32,000 nt of DNA from Erysipelotrichaceae bacterium MTC7 (GTDB lineage: Bacteria; Bacillota_I; Bacilli_A; Erysipelotrichales; Erysipelotrichaceae). This document shows, piece by piece, positions 1 through 8,446 of this stretch (position 1 is the stretch's first letter; every line of letters begins with the position of its first letter). Where the stretch lies: positions 17,177 to 49,176 of the forward strand of contig LVZN01000009.1 of NCBI GenBank assembly GCA_001695645.1. Reading direction: 5' to 3'. The position numbers were made by a program, and so were the translations under genes. Under the pieces are notes generated by a model. That model worked only from the letters and a program-made list of their open reading frames with translations, was not told the origin of the DNA and ran no database searches.

Positions 1-676
1 TGGAAACTAATGAGGAATAACATACGATTTTATCATTGCTGAAAGAAGTACGTTGTACCAGCAGTCCATATTGAGGTTGCTTACAAAGAAGCATTTTGCA
101 TTCATACTCATTGAGTTCACATGCTTGAAAGGTCTCGATTGCGCGATTGATTTGAATGTTGTAAGTCTCGTCCAACGTTTGATATAGCGGTTGATTGTCT
201 AAATCGATTTCAATTACGAATTTATACTCCATCGGAAAGAATGTCTTTTCAATAATGATGGGTGTTTGCTCGTCACAACGTAACCGCTCAATATAGATAA
301 CTTCATCATGCTCATTGATTCCCAATTCTCGAGCAACTTTTTTATTTGCTTGTATAATTTTTTTATCAACAAGAATTGTGTCACTAATCTTTCCTTGTTT
401 TTCCATTTCTTTTGAAAAGGAATATACGTTACCAAGGTTTTGAAGAATACTTGTTCCTACAACAAAGGTACCTTTACCTTGTATCTTTTCTAACTTTCCT
501 TGATTTGCAAGTAAGTCTATGGCGTTGCGTACAGTAATCCTAGACATATCATACATTTTGCACAACTCACGTTCAGAAGGTATGGGTTTTCCTTTTTTCC
601 ATTCACCGCTAGATATCTTTTCTTCAATGATATCTGCCAATCTATAATATAAAGGTTCTCGTTCTTTTTTATTCAT
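1..676 (-). CDS. GntR/HutC-family transcriptional regulator (3' end of gene runs off window start)
   Basis: My own minus-strand translation from the ATG at 676 gives MNKKEREPLYYRLADIIEEKISSGEWKKGKPIPSERELCKMYDMSRITVRNAIDLLANQGKLEKIQGKGTFVVG... This is a GntR winged-helix N-domain followed by a UTRA-like effector domain. The frame stays open to position 1, which explains its absence from the ORF track. Confidence 0.85.
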   Translation of the reverse strand, partial: MNKKEREPLYYRLADIIEEKISSGEWKKGKPIPSERELCKMYDMSRITVRNAIDLLANQGKLEKIQGKGTFVVGTSILQNLGNVYSFSKEMEKQGKISDTILVDKKIIQANKKVARELGINEHDEVIYIERLRCDEQTPIIIEKTFFPMEYKFVIEIDLDNQPLYQTLDETYNIQINRAIETFQACELNEYECKMLLCKQPQYGLLVQRTSFSNDKIVCYSSLVS

Positions 677-704
677 AAAAGTTCTCCATCTTAACTTAAA
701 TATA

Positions 705-839
705 ACTGGTTATAACAACTATGTCAATTACATACAAATTGAATAATTTTGAAAAATATTGACTTACTGGTTATAACCAGTTATACTGTGGGTGACAAGA
801 GCTCTAGTCATAGTTTTATATTTACTGGTTATAATGACA
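705..839. promoter_or_regulatory. Three copies of a 16-bp palindromic operator ACTGGTTATAACCAGT (HutC-type GT-N-TA-N-AC core)
   Basis: The copy at 766-781 is a perfect palindrome. The copy at 705-720 matches 14/16 and the copy at 824-839 matches 12/16. All three lie between the divergent GntR gene and the SIS/PTS operon. Confidence 0.75.
759..787 (+). promoter_or_regulatory. Sigma-70-type promoter of the SIS/PTS operon
   Basis: TTGACT (759-764), a 17-nt spacer, then TATACT (782-787). The perfect operator at 766-781 fills the spacer. The RBS GGAGAG precedes the ATG at 860. Confidence 0.65.
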
Positions 840-859
840 TTACCAATTAGGAGAGAACT

Positions 860-1594
860 ATGAAGTATTTAGAATATTATGAAATTATCAAAGCTCAGAT
901 GGATCTTCAAATGAAAGAGACTTCTGAGAAGTTGGAAGCGGCAGCGATTTGCTGTACAAATTCGATAGTAGAAGGAAGTGTCGTACATGTGTATGGTTGT
1001 GGACATTCACAAATGTTTGCAATGGAGGTGTTTTATCGAGCAGGCGGATTGGTTCCGGTTAATGCATTGTTGGTTCCACATTTAGCGCTTTTTCCCAAAG
1101 CAAAACTTAGTACGTTTCAAGAACGTGTGGAAGGTTTTTCACCAGAGTATTTAAATCTGATCAATACGAATAAAAATGACACCATGATTATCGTGTCAAT
1201 ATCTGGAAGAAATTCGGCGGTGATTGATATGGCAATCGAGGCAAAAGCGAAAGGAATGAAAGTTATTGCATTAACTTCATTAACATTTAGTGACAAGGTG
1301 ACTTCGCGACATTCAAGTAATAAACTGTTACGTGATTTTGCGGATGTTGTAATTGATATCAAGTGTGAAGCCGGAGATGCTTGCTTATCACTAGAAAGTC
1401 TTCCTGTTAAATTCAATGGAACGAGTACAATTCTAGGAATGTTGGTAATGAATTGTATAACTTCCAGAACCATTGAATTGTGTGTTGAACGAGGTGTTAC
1501 TCCACCAATTTATGTAAGTTCAAATTTAGATGAAGGTGATGAAATCAATCGCACATATATACAGAAGTATCGGAATAAAATTAACTGCTTATAA
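860..1594 (+). CDS. SIS-domain phosphosugar isomerase/deglycase-like protein (UPF0309-like), paralog 1
   Basis: 244-aa ORF with an RBS. It has the SIS-type glycine-rich motif VHVYGCGHS and an IIVSISGRN nucleotide/phosphosugar-binding strand. It is paralogous to the next ORF and shares the same C-terminal ...N(C)L ending. Confidence 0.7.
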   Translation: MKYLEYYEIIKAQMDLQMKETSEKLEAAAICCTNSIVEGSVVHVYGCGHSQMFAMEVFYRAGGLVPVNALLVPHLALFPKAKLSTFQERVEGFSPEYLNLINTNKNDTMIIVSISGRNSAVIDMAIEAKAKGMKVIALTSLTFSDKVTSRHSSNKLLRDFADVVIDIKCEAGDACLSLESLPVKFNGTSTILGMLVMNCITSRTIELCVERGVTPPIYVSSNLDEGDEINRTYIQKYRNKINCL

Positions 1595-1608
1595 AAGGGG
1601 GAATTGAA

Positions 1609-2358
1609 ATGAGAGCATTTGAAACGTATTTTGAAGTAATGGATAAGATAGTAGGTGAAATAAGAGAAAGCCAAGTTGATAACATTATGAAAGCAGCAAC
1701 ATTATTGGCCGATACTACCGAAAATGGCGGGCTTATTTATGGTTTTGGTGTTGGACATTCATACAATGTTATCGGTGATGCATTTTGGCGAGCAGCAACA
1801 CCTGTAAACTATTGTGCAATTGTTGAGCCAAGTGCAACTGGTCATTTTGAAATTACAAGAAGTCATTTTGTAGAAAACACCTATGATCTTGGTCGCCATG
1901 TCATTGATTATCATGAAGTTACACCAAATGATTGTGTCATCATTATTTCGAATTCAGGGAATAACATCATGCCTGTTGATGCAGCCATTCGTTGCAAGGA
2001 ATTGGGAATTCCTACAATTGCAATTACTGCTGTAAACTACAGCAATTATTTAAAGACGAAACATCGTGATGGGGTTAAATTAAAAGATGTATGTAGTATT
2101 GTCTTAGATAATTGCACACCAATAGGTGATGCTGCAGTAGAGATTGAAGGATTTGGTATGAAATTAGGATCAACAAGTACAATACCCAATGTGTATTTAC
2201 AAAACTATATTTTGATAGAAATGATTGAAATACTGACGCAACGTGGATTCACGCCAGATGTATATTACAACGGGCACCTTGAAGAAATGGGAGATACATA
2301 CAAAAATCATAATGAAAAAATGGTGAAAAAGTATAAAGGTAGAATTCGCAATTTGTAG
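1609..2358 (+). CDS. SIS-domain phosphosugar isomerase/deglycase-like protein, paralog 2
   Basis: 249-aa ORF preceded by the RBS AAGGGGG. Motifs LIYGFGVGHS and IIISNSGNN are collinear with the upstream paralog. Confidence 0.7.
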   Translation: MRAFETYFEVMDKIVGEIRESQVDNIMKAATLLADTTENGGLIYGFGVGHSYNVIGDAFWRAATPVNYCAIVEPSATGHFEITRSHFVENTYDLGRHVIDYHEVTPNDCVIIISNSGNNIMPVDAAIRCKELGIPTIAITAVNYSNYLKTKHRDGVKLKDVCSIVLDNCTPIGDAAVEIEGFGMKLGSTSTIPNVYLQNYILIEMIEILTQRGFTPDVYYNGHLEEMGDTYKNHNEKMVKKYKGRIRNL

Positions 2359-2404
2359 TTTTATTGATTTATGTTGATTTGTGTTTTTATTTAAAGGAGA
2401 GATT

Positions 2405-3202
2405 ATGGAATTATTACAAATTTTGATGTTGGCAATTGCAACGTTTATTTTTGCGATTGATCAATTTTCATTAACGGAAGTTATCTACCGGCCAATTGTT
2501 GCATGTCCGATTATCGGTTTGATACTGGGGGACTTACAAACGGGACTACTGGTTGGTGGAACTTATGAATTGATGATGGTTGGGAATATGCCAGTTGGAG
2601 GTGCCCAACCACCAAATGCAGTACTCGGTGGAGTTGTTGCGATGGTGTTTGCAATTAAGGCAGATATGGGAATTGATGCAGCTTTAGGAACAGCGGTTAT
2701 ATTCTCAGTGTTTGGACAATACGCCGTGACGTTAACATTTACTGTTATGTCAGGATTGATGGCAAAAGCCGATCAAGCTGCAATTAAAGCAAGTAAGAAA
2801 GGTATTCGAAATGTAAATATGCTTTCAATGCTATTGCTTGGAACTCTATTTGCTTTGATGTCAATACTTGCATATGTTGGAGGAAGTGCTGCAGCTAAAC
2901 CATTACAAGAATTTGCAGCAAACTTCTCATGGGTTATGGGAGGACTTGATGCAGCTGGAAAAATGATGAAGTATGTCGGTTTTGCGATTTTACTAAAAAT
3001 TATGTTATCGAACGACTTATGGGGAATTTACTTAGCTGGGTTTGCAGCGGCAGCATTGCTTGGTAATGTTGATGCAACAAGAGGAGCAACACTTGTGCTT
3101 GTAGCATTTATTGGGGTTGCACTTGCAATCAATAACTTCGTAACTGCTGTACAGATTCGTAACAATGGAAGTAATTCAGGAGGTATGTCTGATGGAATCT
3201 AA
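2405..3202 (+). CDS. PTS mannose/fructose/sorbose-family EIIC component
   Basis: Polytopic hydrophobic protein with MELLQILMLAIATFIFAIDQF... and GNMPVGGAQPPN, typical of ManY-type IIC. I prefer the ATG at 2405, which has AGGAG 5 nt upstream, over the track start at 2381. Confidence 0.85.
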   Translation: MELLQILMLAIATFIFAIDQFSLTEVIYRPIVACPIIGLILGDLQTGLLVGGTYELMMVGNMPVGGAQPPNAVLGGVVAMVFAIKADMGIDAALGTAVIFSVFGQYAVTLTFTVMSGLMAKADQAAIKASKKGIRNVNMLSMLLLGTLFALMSILAYVGGSAAAKPLQEFAANFSWVMGGLDAAGKMMKYVGFAILLKIMLSNDLWGIYLAGFAAAALLGNVDATRGATLVLVAFIGVALAINNFVTAVQIRNNGSNSGGMSDGI

Positions 3203-4145
3203 TGTAACTAATTATAACAATTTGACACCAGCACAAACACTGGATAAAAAAACCGTTCATAAAATGGTATGGATGTCGACTATGTTACAAGCTTCTTTCA
3301 ACTATGAAAGAATGCAAGCAGCCGGTTGGCTATGGGCAATATTGCCTGGACTTGAAAAGATTCATACCGATAAAGATGATTTAAGTATCTCAATGCAACA
3401 TAACTTGGAGTTCTTCAACTGTCATACATATACGGTTACCTTTGTCATGGGACTGGTACTGTCCCTTGAACAACAGAAAGCAGATATTAATACCATTCGT
3501 TCGGTCCGTGTTGCTGCGATGGGTCCGCTTGGTGGAATTGGTGATGCACTAATTTGGTTTACGTTAATGCCAATTACCGCAGGAATTACTGCCAACATGA
3601 CAATAGCAGGGAGTATATTTGGTCCAATTCTTTATTTCATTATCATCTTTGGTGCACAGATGGGGCTACGCTATTGGTTGTTTAACTGGTCGTACTCACT
3701 TGGGAAAAATGCAATTGGAGCAATCACAAAATACGCAAAAGAGTTTACGCATGCGGCTTCAATGATTGGAGTATTTGTTGTTGGGGCACTGAAATGTAAC
3801 TATGGAAATACAGCTCTTGGAATGATGATTCCAAATGGAACTATGATAGATGAAGCTGGAAATGAAGTTGCAAACTTTATTAATGTACAAGGTTTGCTTG
3901 ATGGTATTTTACCAGCGTTAATACCATTGGCATTAACCTTGATGTGTTATTTCTTAATTAAGAAAAAGAACTGGCGTCCAACTCAACTTATTGCTTTATT
4001 ATTGGCAATTGGAATCGTTGGATGTGCATTTGGACTATGGGCAGGAGATGCAGGACAAATTGTTGATAGTGATAATGATGGTATTTATGATTCTAAGTTA
4101 CCACAAGGATATGAGTCTTTAGTACCTGTACCTTGGCATGATTAG
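3192..4145 (+). CDS. PTS mannose-family EIID component with hydrophilic C-terminal tail
   Basis: The N-terminal LDKKTVHKMVWMSTMLQASFNYERMQAAGWLWAILPGLEKIH is the ManZ-type IID signature. I prefer the ATG at 3192, which has AGGAGG (3178-3183) 8 nt upstream and overlaps the IIC stop. Confidence 0.85.
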   Translation: MESNVTNYNNLTPAQTLDKKTVHKMVWMSTMLQASFNYERMQAAGWLWAILPGLEKIHTDKDDLSISMQHNLEFFNCHTYTVTFVMGLVLSLEQQKADINTIRSVRVAAMGPLGGIGDALIWFTLMPITAGITANMTIAGSIFGPILYFIIIFGAQMGLRYWLFNWSYSLGKNAIGAITKYAKEFTHAASMIGVFVVGALKCNYGNTALGMMIPNGTMIDEAGNEVANFINVQGLLDGILPALIPLALTLMCYFLIKKKNWRPTQLIALLLAIGIVGCAFGLWAGDAGQIVDSDNDGIYDSKLPQGYESLVPVPWHD

Positions 4146-4165
4146 CAAAGAGAGGTAATCCTCAA

Positions 4166-4200
4166 AAGAAACCGGGAGATAGACAGGCTTCCGGTTTCTT
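4166..4200 (+). terminator. Hairpin downstream of the PTS operon
   Basis: Perfect 10-bp stem AAGAAACCGG/CCGGTTTCTT with a 15-nt loop. The U-tract is poor apart from the stem's own UUUCUU. Confidence 0.5.
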
Positions 4201-4250
4201 GCGTAAAAGTATGAAAAAATGTGAATAGAATTGAAGATTACATAAAAGAA

Positions 4251-4283
4251 AAATGAGATTGCAACTGTGTAGCAATCTCATTT
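4251..4283 (-). terminator. Rho-independent terminator of the endonuclease gene
   Basis: Stem of up to 12 bp, AAATGAGATTGC/GCAATCTCATTT, with a 9-nt loop. On the minus strand it is followed by CATTTTTCTTTT. The stop codon (4278-4280) is embedded in the stem. Confidence 0.75.
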
Positions 4284-5777
4284 TATGTCTTTTATATGGG
4301 AATTGATAATTGATTCTAGATACTTTTTGTTTATCCAAAAACATTGTTTTGTCATCCATTCACCGTTAGGTAGTTGATCTGCATGTCTTTCAATATTTCC
4401 TTTATGAAAACCGTTGTTCAAGAGATATGCAGACTTACTTGCATGTGGCCTGATGTGTATAATAGATGTATTTTTTTCTCCCAATAAGCTGTTAAAAACG
4501 CTAGCTCCACTTACTTCAAAACTGACGCCAAGTTTAAATTGATTAATGTAGTTTTCCCATTCGTGTTTAACGATTTCATCAATATCATGTATTGGCATGT
4601 TCCATAGAAAACAGCCCTTCAATATATATTCAGTTCCATTGTTAACATATACAACAAATAAGAATTTTGTTTCTGATAAAGTATTATACAAAGTTGAACT
4701 ATCCCATTCTTCTTTGATTAATTCCATGATTTCAAAGTTTGGAAATGGCATAGATTCTCTTATTCTTCCATTTTGTTCAACGCGAATGGATTTTACTTTG
4801 ATACTTGCTTTTGTAAACTCTTCTGCTTGATTACTTTTTACGCCTAGCATTCGAAATGCAAAGTCAGCGAATTTGCTCTTATTGCTTTTTACATCTGGAA
4901 ATATTGAAAATAATTCAGATTCTGATTTTCCAATATACGAGTTTATTTTGCTCGTAATAAAACTTTCAAAGGTTGAAGTTAATTTCGTGTCATCTTTAAG
5001 TATTCTTTCTTCTTCGTTTTCATTCAGAATAAGTTTATGAAGAACGTAATTCATGTAACTTTGCTTAAGTGAGAAAGCTCGTTTTTTTGTTAAAGTGTGT
5101 TCACCGTAATATTGTGGAACAACATCCTCTTTATTTCTAGCCTTTGTACAAGCTCCAAGGTACATTGTATCACCTTCACTTAACATGTGAGCTTGACCGG
5201 CTTTGATTTTATTATTAATTGTTTGATAATCTTGTTTAATAATTTCTAGGTCTTCTTTTGAAGGCGTAAACAAATTTACATACTTGATGATATTGTCATA
5301 CTTATCTTCAAGGTTACGATCGCGTAAATAGTGAATTAATAAGATTTTTTGGATTTTGTTCCAAAGATGACTTCTATCAAAATCATCTTCAACAGCTTTG
5401 TTAAAAGCAATGTTGGTAATTACAAGACGTTCTCCAGCACGGTATGAACCATCCTTTTTAATATCAATAGGGGCTTGTTTCAATTCTAAACCTACTTTTG
5501 GAAAATCGGGGCGTTGATCACTGTTTGGTTTGTATCCAAAATAGTTTTTCTCAATAATGTTACCAAAGTTACCTTTTGCATTGTTGTCTTTGTATGATGC
5601 TCCATACGCTGAAGGTTTATCTGCAACTTTATAAGCGTCCAAGCTGTGTGCCTCTTCGTAGTTTTTATATGCGGATTTGTCCCATTCATCAATGATTTGG
5701 TTGAAGGATTGTCCAATTAATCGATTCGCATACTGAAGGATGCTTTGGATATCATCGTCTTTATAATCAAATAGCAT
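4278..5777 (-). CDS. Type II restriction endonuclease, Sau3AI/MutH family (probable GATC specificity)
   Basis: 499 aa. It carries the MutH-like catalytic region ...DFPKVGLELKQAPI. Several segments recall Sau3AI as I remember it: KQDYQTINNKIKAGQAHMLSEGDTMYLGACTKA, KKRAFSLKQSYMNYVL and EWMTKQCFWINKKYL. It is paired divergently with a C5-MTase, as in the Sau3AI system. Confidence 0.8.
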   Translation of the reverse strand: MLFDYKDDDIQSILQYANRLIGQSFNQIIDEWDKSAYKNYEEAHSLDAYKVADKPSAYGASYKDNNAKGNFGNIIEKNYFGYKPNSDQRPDFPKVGLELKQAPIDIKKDGSYRAGERLVITNIAFNKAVEDDFDRSHLWNKIQKILLIHYLRDRNLEDKYDNIIKYVNLFTPSKEDLEIIKQDYQTINNKIKAGQAHMLSEGDTMYLGACTKARNKEDVVPQYYGEHTLTKKRAFSLKQSYMNYVLHKLILNENEEERILKDDTKLTSTFESFITSKINSYIGKSESELFSIFPDVKSNKSKFADFAFRMLGVKSNQAEEFTKASIKVKSIRVEQNGRIRESMPFPNFEIMELIKEEWDSSTLYNTLSETKFLFVVYVNNGTEYILKGCFLWNMPIHDIDEIVKHEWENYINQFKLGVSFEVSGASVFNSLLGEKNTSIIHIRPHASKSAYLLNNGFHKGNIERHADQLPNGEWMTKQCFWINKKYLESIINSHIKDIK

Positions 5778-5806
5778 AATAATCTCCTAATTTTTCATCT
5801 AAGATC

Positions 5807-5881
5807 TTGAATCAGAGTAAAAAGTTTAGTATACTAAACTAGTACTAAAAAGATTATAACAAATATAGAGATGAACTTAAA
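5807..5881. promoter_or_regulatory. R-M control region with interdigitated promoters and an 18-bp perfect palindrome
   Basis: On the plus strand: TTGAAT (5807-5812), 17 nt, TATACT (5830-5835), pointing toward the MTase. On the minus strand: TTTAAG (5876-5881), 17 nt, TATAAT (5853-5858), pointing toward the REase. The palindrome AGTTTAGTATACTAAACT at 5823-5840 overlaps the MTase -10. Confidence 0.5.
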
Positions 5882-5908
5882 CTTTGTATATAGAATGGAG
5901 ATTCAAAT

Positions 5909-7159
5909 ATGGAAAAAACAGTGGTTGAATTGTTTGCGGGTGTTGGTGGATTTAGAGTTGGTTTAAATAAAATTAAAAATATTGATAAAAATGGAAGGGC
6001 TGTTGAAAACGGTCCTTGGTCTTTTGTATGGGCGAACCAATGGGAACCATCAACAAAGGTTCAACATGCGTTTGACTGCTATAATATGCGCTTTGGTAAG
6101 TCTCAAAATCACTCTAATGAAGATATATCAATTGTAGATAAATCATCAATTCCAAATCATTCGTTACTAGTAGGTGGATTTCCTTGTCAAGATTATTCAG
6201 TAGCTCGAACACTTTCTGGTGAAAAAGGGATACAAGGAAAAAAAGGTGTTTTATTTTGGCAGATAAAAGAAATATTAGATAAAAAAAATACACCATTTGT
6301 ATTGTTGGAAAACGTTGATCGCTTGATTAAATCTCCAGCAAAACAACGAGGACGTGACTTTGGAATTATGTTAAGGACATTTTATGAATTAGGTTATGAT
6401 GTTGAGTGGCGCGTTATCAATGCTGCTGAATATGGGGCAGCTCAAAAACGTAGAAGAGTGTTTATATTTGCATGGAAAAAAGACACAGACTATGGAACTT
6501 CTTTATCTGATGATAAAGGGCTTATTATGCAAAGTGAAGGTTTATTTGCAAATGTATTTCCAATACACAATTTTAATATAAGTAAGGTGAATAATAAGAA
6601 TTTAACAGTATATAAAGACGCTGTAGAAATGACTGAAGATTTCGAATGGACTTTTCAAAATTCTGGTGTTATGAAAGATGGAGTTGTATCTACAATAAAA
6701 ACTATACCTATTGGAAAACAACCAATACCGTTAAGTGAGACAATTGAGACTGGAAAGATTAGTGATGATTTTTTTCTTGATAGTAAAGCTAAAGAAAAAT
6801 TTGAGTACCTGAAGGGTGGAAAGAAAATTAATAGAGTAAAGCCAAATGGAGAACACTATGTATACTCTGAAGGAAGCATGTCATTTCCTGAAGATTTAGA
6901 CCAACCTGGAAGAACGATGTTAACGAGTGAAGGTACAACAAATAGAAGTACACATGTTGTTGCCGATTATCAAACAAAAAAACTACGCTTAATCACTCCA
7001 ATAGAAGCGGAAAGATTACAGTCATTTCCTGATGATTGGACAAATACAGGTATGCCAAACAGAAGACGTTACTTTATGATGGGGAATGCACTAGTGACAA
7101 AATTAATAAGTGATTTATCAGAAACACTAGAGGAAATCATTGAAAGAGAAAACCGTTAG
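5909..7159 (+). CDS. DNA (cytosine-5)-methyltransferase
   Basis: Contains motif I ELFAGVGGF, motif IV GGFPCQDYS, motif VI LLENV, motif VIII QKRRRVF and motif X MGNAL. The RBS GGAG precedes the ATG. Confidence 0.95.
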   Translation: MEKTVVELFAGVGGFRVGLNKIKNIDKNGRAVENGPWSFVWANQWEPSTKVQHAFDCYNMRFGKSQNHSNEDISIVDKSSIPNHSLLVGGFPCQDYSVARTLSGEKGIQGKKGVLFWQIKEILDKKNTPFVLLENVDRLIKSPAKQRGRDFGIMLRTFYELGYDVEWRVINAAEYGAAQKRRRVFIFAWKKDTDYGTSLSDDKGLIMQSEGLFANVFPIHNFNISKVNNKNLTVYKDAVEMTEDFEWTFQNSGVMKDGVVSTIKTIPIGKQPIPLSETIETGKISDDFFLDSKAKEKFEYLKGGKKINRVKPNGEHYVYSEGSMSFPEDLDQPGRTMLTSEGTTNRSTHVVADYQTKKLRLITPIEAERLQSFPDDWTNTGMPNRRRYFMMGNALVTKLISDLSETLEEIIERENR

Positions 7160-7188
7160 TTTGCTACATGCGAACTAACGGTTTTTTT
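7149..7188. terminator. Bidirectional terminator shared by the MTase and phosphoesterase genes
   Basis: Perfect 13-bp stem AAAACCGTTAGTT/AACTAACGGTTTT with an 11-nt loop and a T-run after it on the plus strand. It lies between the convergent stops. Confidence 0.8.
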
Positions 7189-8299
7189 AGTGCTCCATCA
7201 TCATATTGACAATGACAATTTCCGATTCACTTCCTAGTCTAGCAGGAACTCCCCAAGTACCAGCACCACTAGTTGTGATCATTTGATAGGGTTCTTTAAA
7301 GTAACCATATGAATGAGGAAACTGAATTGCAACTAATAGGTTGTAAGGGAATATTTGTCCATCATGGGTATGTCCAGATAGTTGTAAATCCACATCATGA
7401 TAATCATCAATAATTGGTTGGTGATCAAGTACGATGATTGGCTTTGTTGGATCTGCTTTTTTAGCGAGTGATTCCAGTGTTGGTCGATCTTTGTGGTTGG
7501 AATAATCATCGCGACCAATCAATTGAATATCATCAGCAACAACCATAACATCATCAACAATTGGTGTAATACCTGCATCTTCAAGTGTTTGATAATAAAT
7601 GTCAAGGTTCTTACGATGTTCCTCATGATTACCAAATACATAATAACTACCATAAGAAGGATCAAGTTGTTTAAATACATCAATTGATTTTTTTAAGTGG
7701 TAGTCATTTGTAAGTTCATCAAAGATGTCACCACCAAATAAAACAATATCGGGATTGGCATTGTTTACTTTATCCACAATGCTTTGAAGTTTCTTTATAT
7801 CAATCGAGTTGCCTAAATGGATATCTGCTAGATAAGCGATTCTAAGCTCTTTATGGACACTTTCTTTGTTAACGTGCACATAATAACTAGTCATTTGTAT
7901 TTGCCTAGCATGGACGGTTGAATACGTTCCTACGATAATTGAGAATACCATGAGTATTGCGATAATATCTCTTCGTGGAACATACCATTTTCTAATCATT
8001 CTTTTTTGAATGATGTTGTATATAGAGACAAATGCAAAGAATGCAAATGACAATATAATAAACATAAAGAAAACACTCGTACTCCAAAGTATGAAAAGCA
8101 CATACCAGCCATGAGTTGATAATCTTGGCAATAAAAAGAAACGTAAAATAAACATAAATTGGAAGAAATACAAGAATGTATACAATCCTCTTTTTACTTT
8201 CTTGTTTTTAATACGCAAAATACCAATGTATTTGTATGCTGTATAACCTGTGATAATAATTAGAAACACAAGTAGTAATAATTTAAATATACTAACCAT
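7187..8299 (-). CDS. Membrane-anchored metallophosphoesterase (calcineurin-like)
   Basis: About four N-terminal TM helices, followed by the phosphoesterase motifs LADIHLG, GGDIFD, GNHE and SGHTHDG. Confidence 0.85.
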   Translation of the reverse strand: MVSIFKLLLLVFLIIITGYTAYKYIGILRIKNKKVKRGLYTFLYFFQFMFILRFFLLPRLSTHGWYVLFILWSTSVFFMFIILSFAFFAFVSIYNIIQKRMIRKWYVPRRDIIAILMVFSIIVGTYSTVHARQIQMTSYYVHVNKESVHKELRIAYLADIHLGNSIDIKKLQSIVDKVNNANPDIVLFGGDIFDELTNDYHLKKSIDVFKQLDPSYGSYYVFGNHEEHRKNLDIYYQTLEDAGITPIVDDVMVVADDIQLIGRDDYSNHKDRPTLESLAKKADPTKPIIVLDHQPIIDDYHDVDLQLSGHTHDGQIFPYNLLVAIQFPHSYGYFKEPYQMITTSGAGTWGVPARLGSESEIVIVNMMMEH

Positions 8300-8446
8300 G
8301 ACTATATTTTATCATGGAATTTCCAAAAATGAGTTAGAAATCTTCGTTCTATGTGTAATAACAGAAATTTATGTTGATACATTTTTCGACATTTTAATTA
8401 TATGAAACTAACCAATTCAAATTATTATTTATCTAATTCGAATGAT

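Noticed and set aside
214-435. 73-aa minus-strand ORF from the track
   Set aside because: It is out of frame within the much longer GntR/HutC reading frame that I translated (676 to 1), whose sequence has clear family motifs.
2381-3191. Upstream alternative starts given in the track for IIC (2381), IID (3165) and the recombinase (22147)
   Set aside because: In each case a downstream ATG has a well-spaced Shine-Dalgarno sequence and produces the canonical family N-terminus. The upstream starts lack an RBS.
4162-4359. 65-aa minus-strand ORF spanning the IID/REase intergenic region
   Set aside because: It overlaps two terminator hairpins and the 3' end of the endonuclease gene, and has no RBS.
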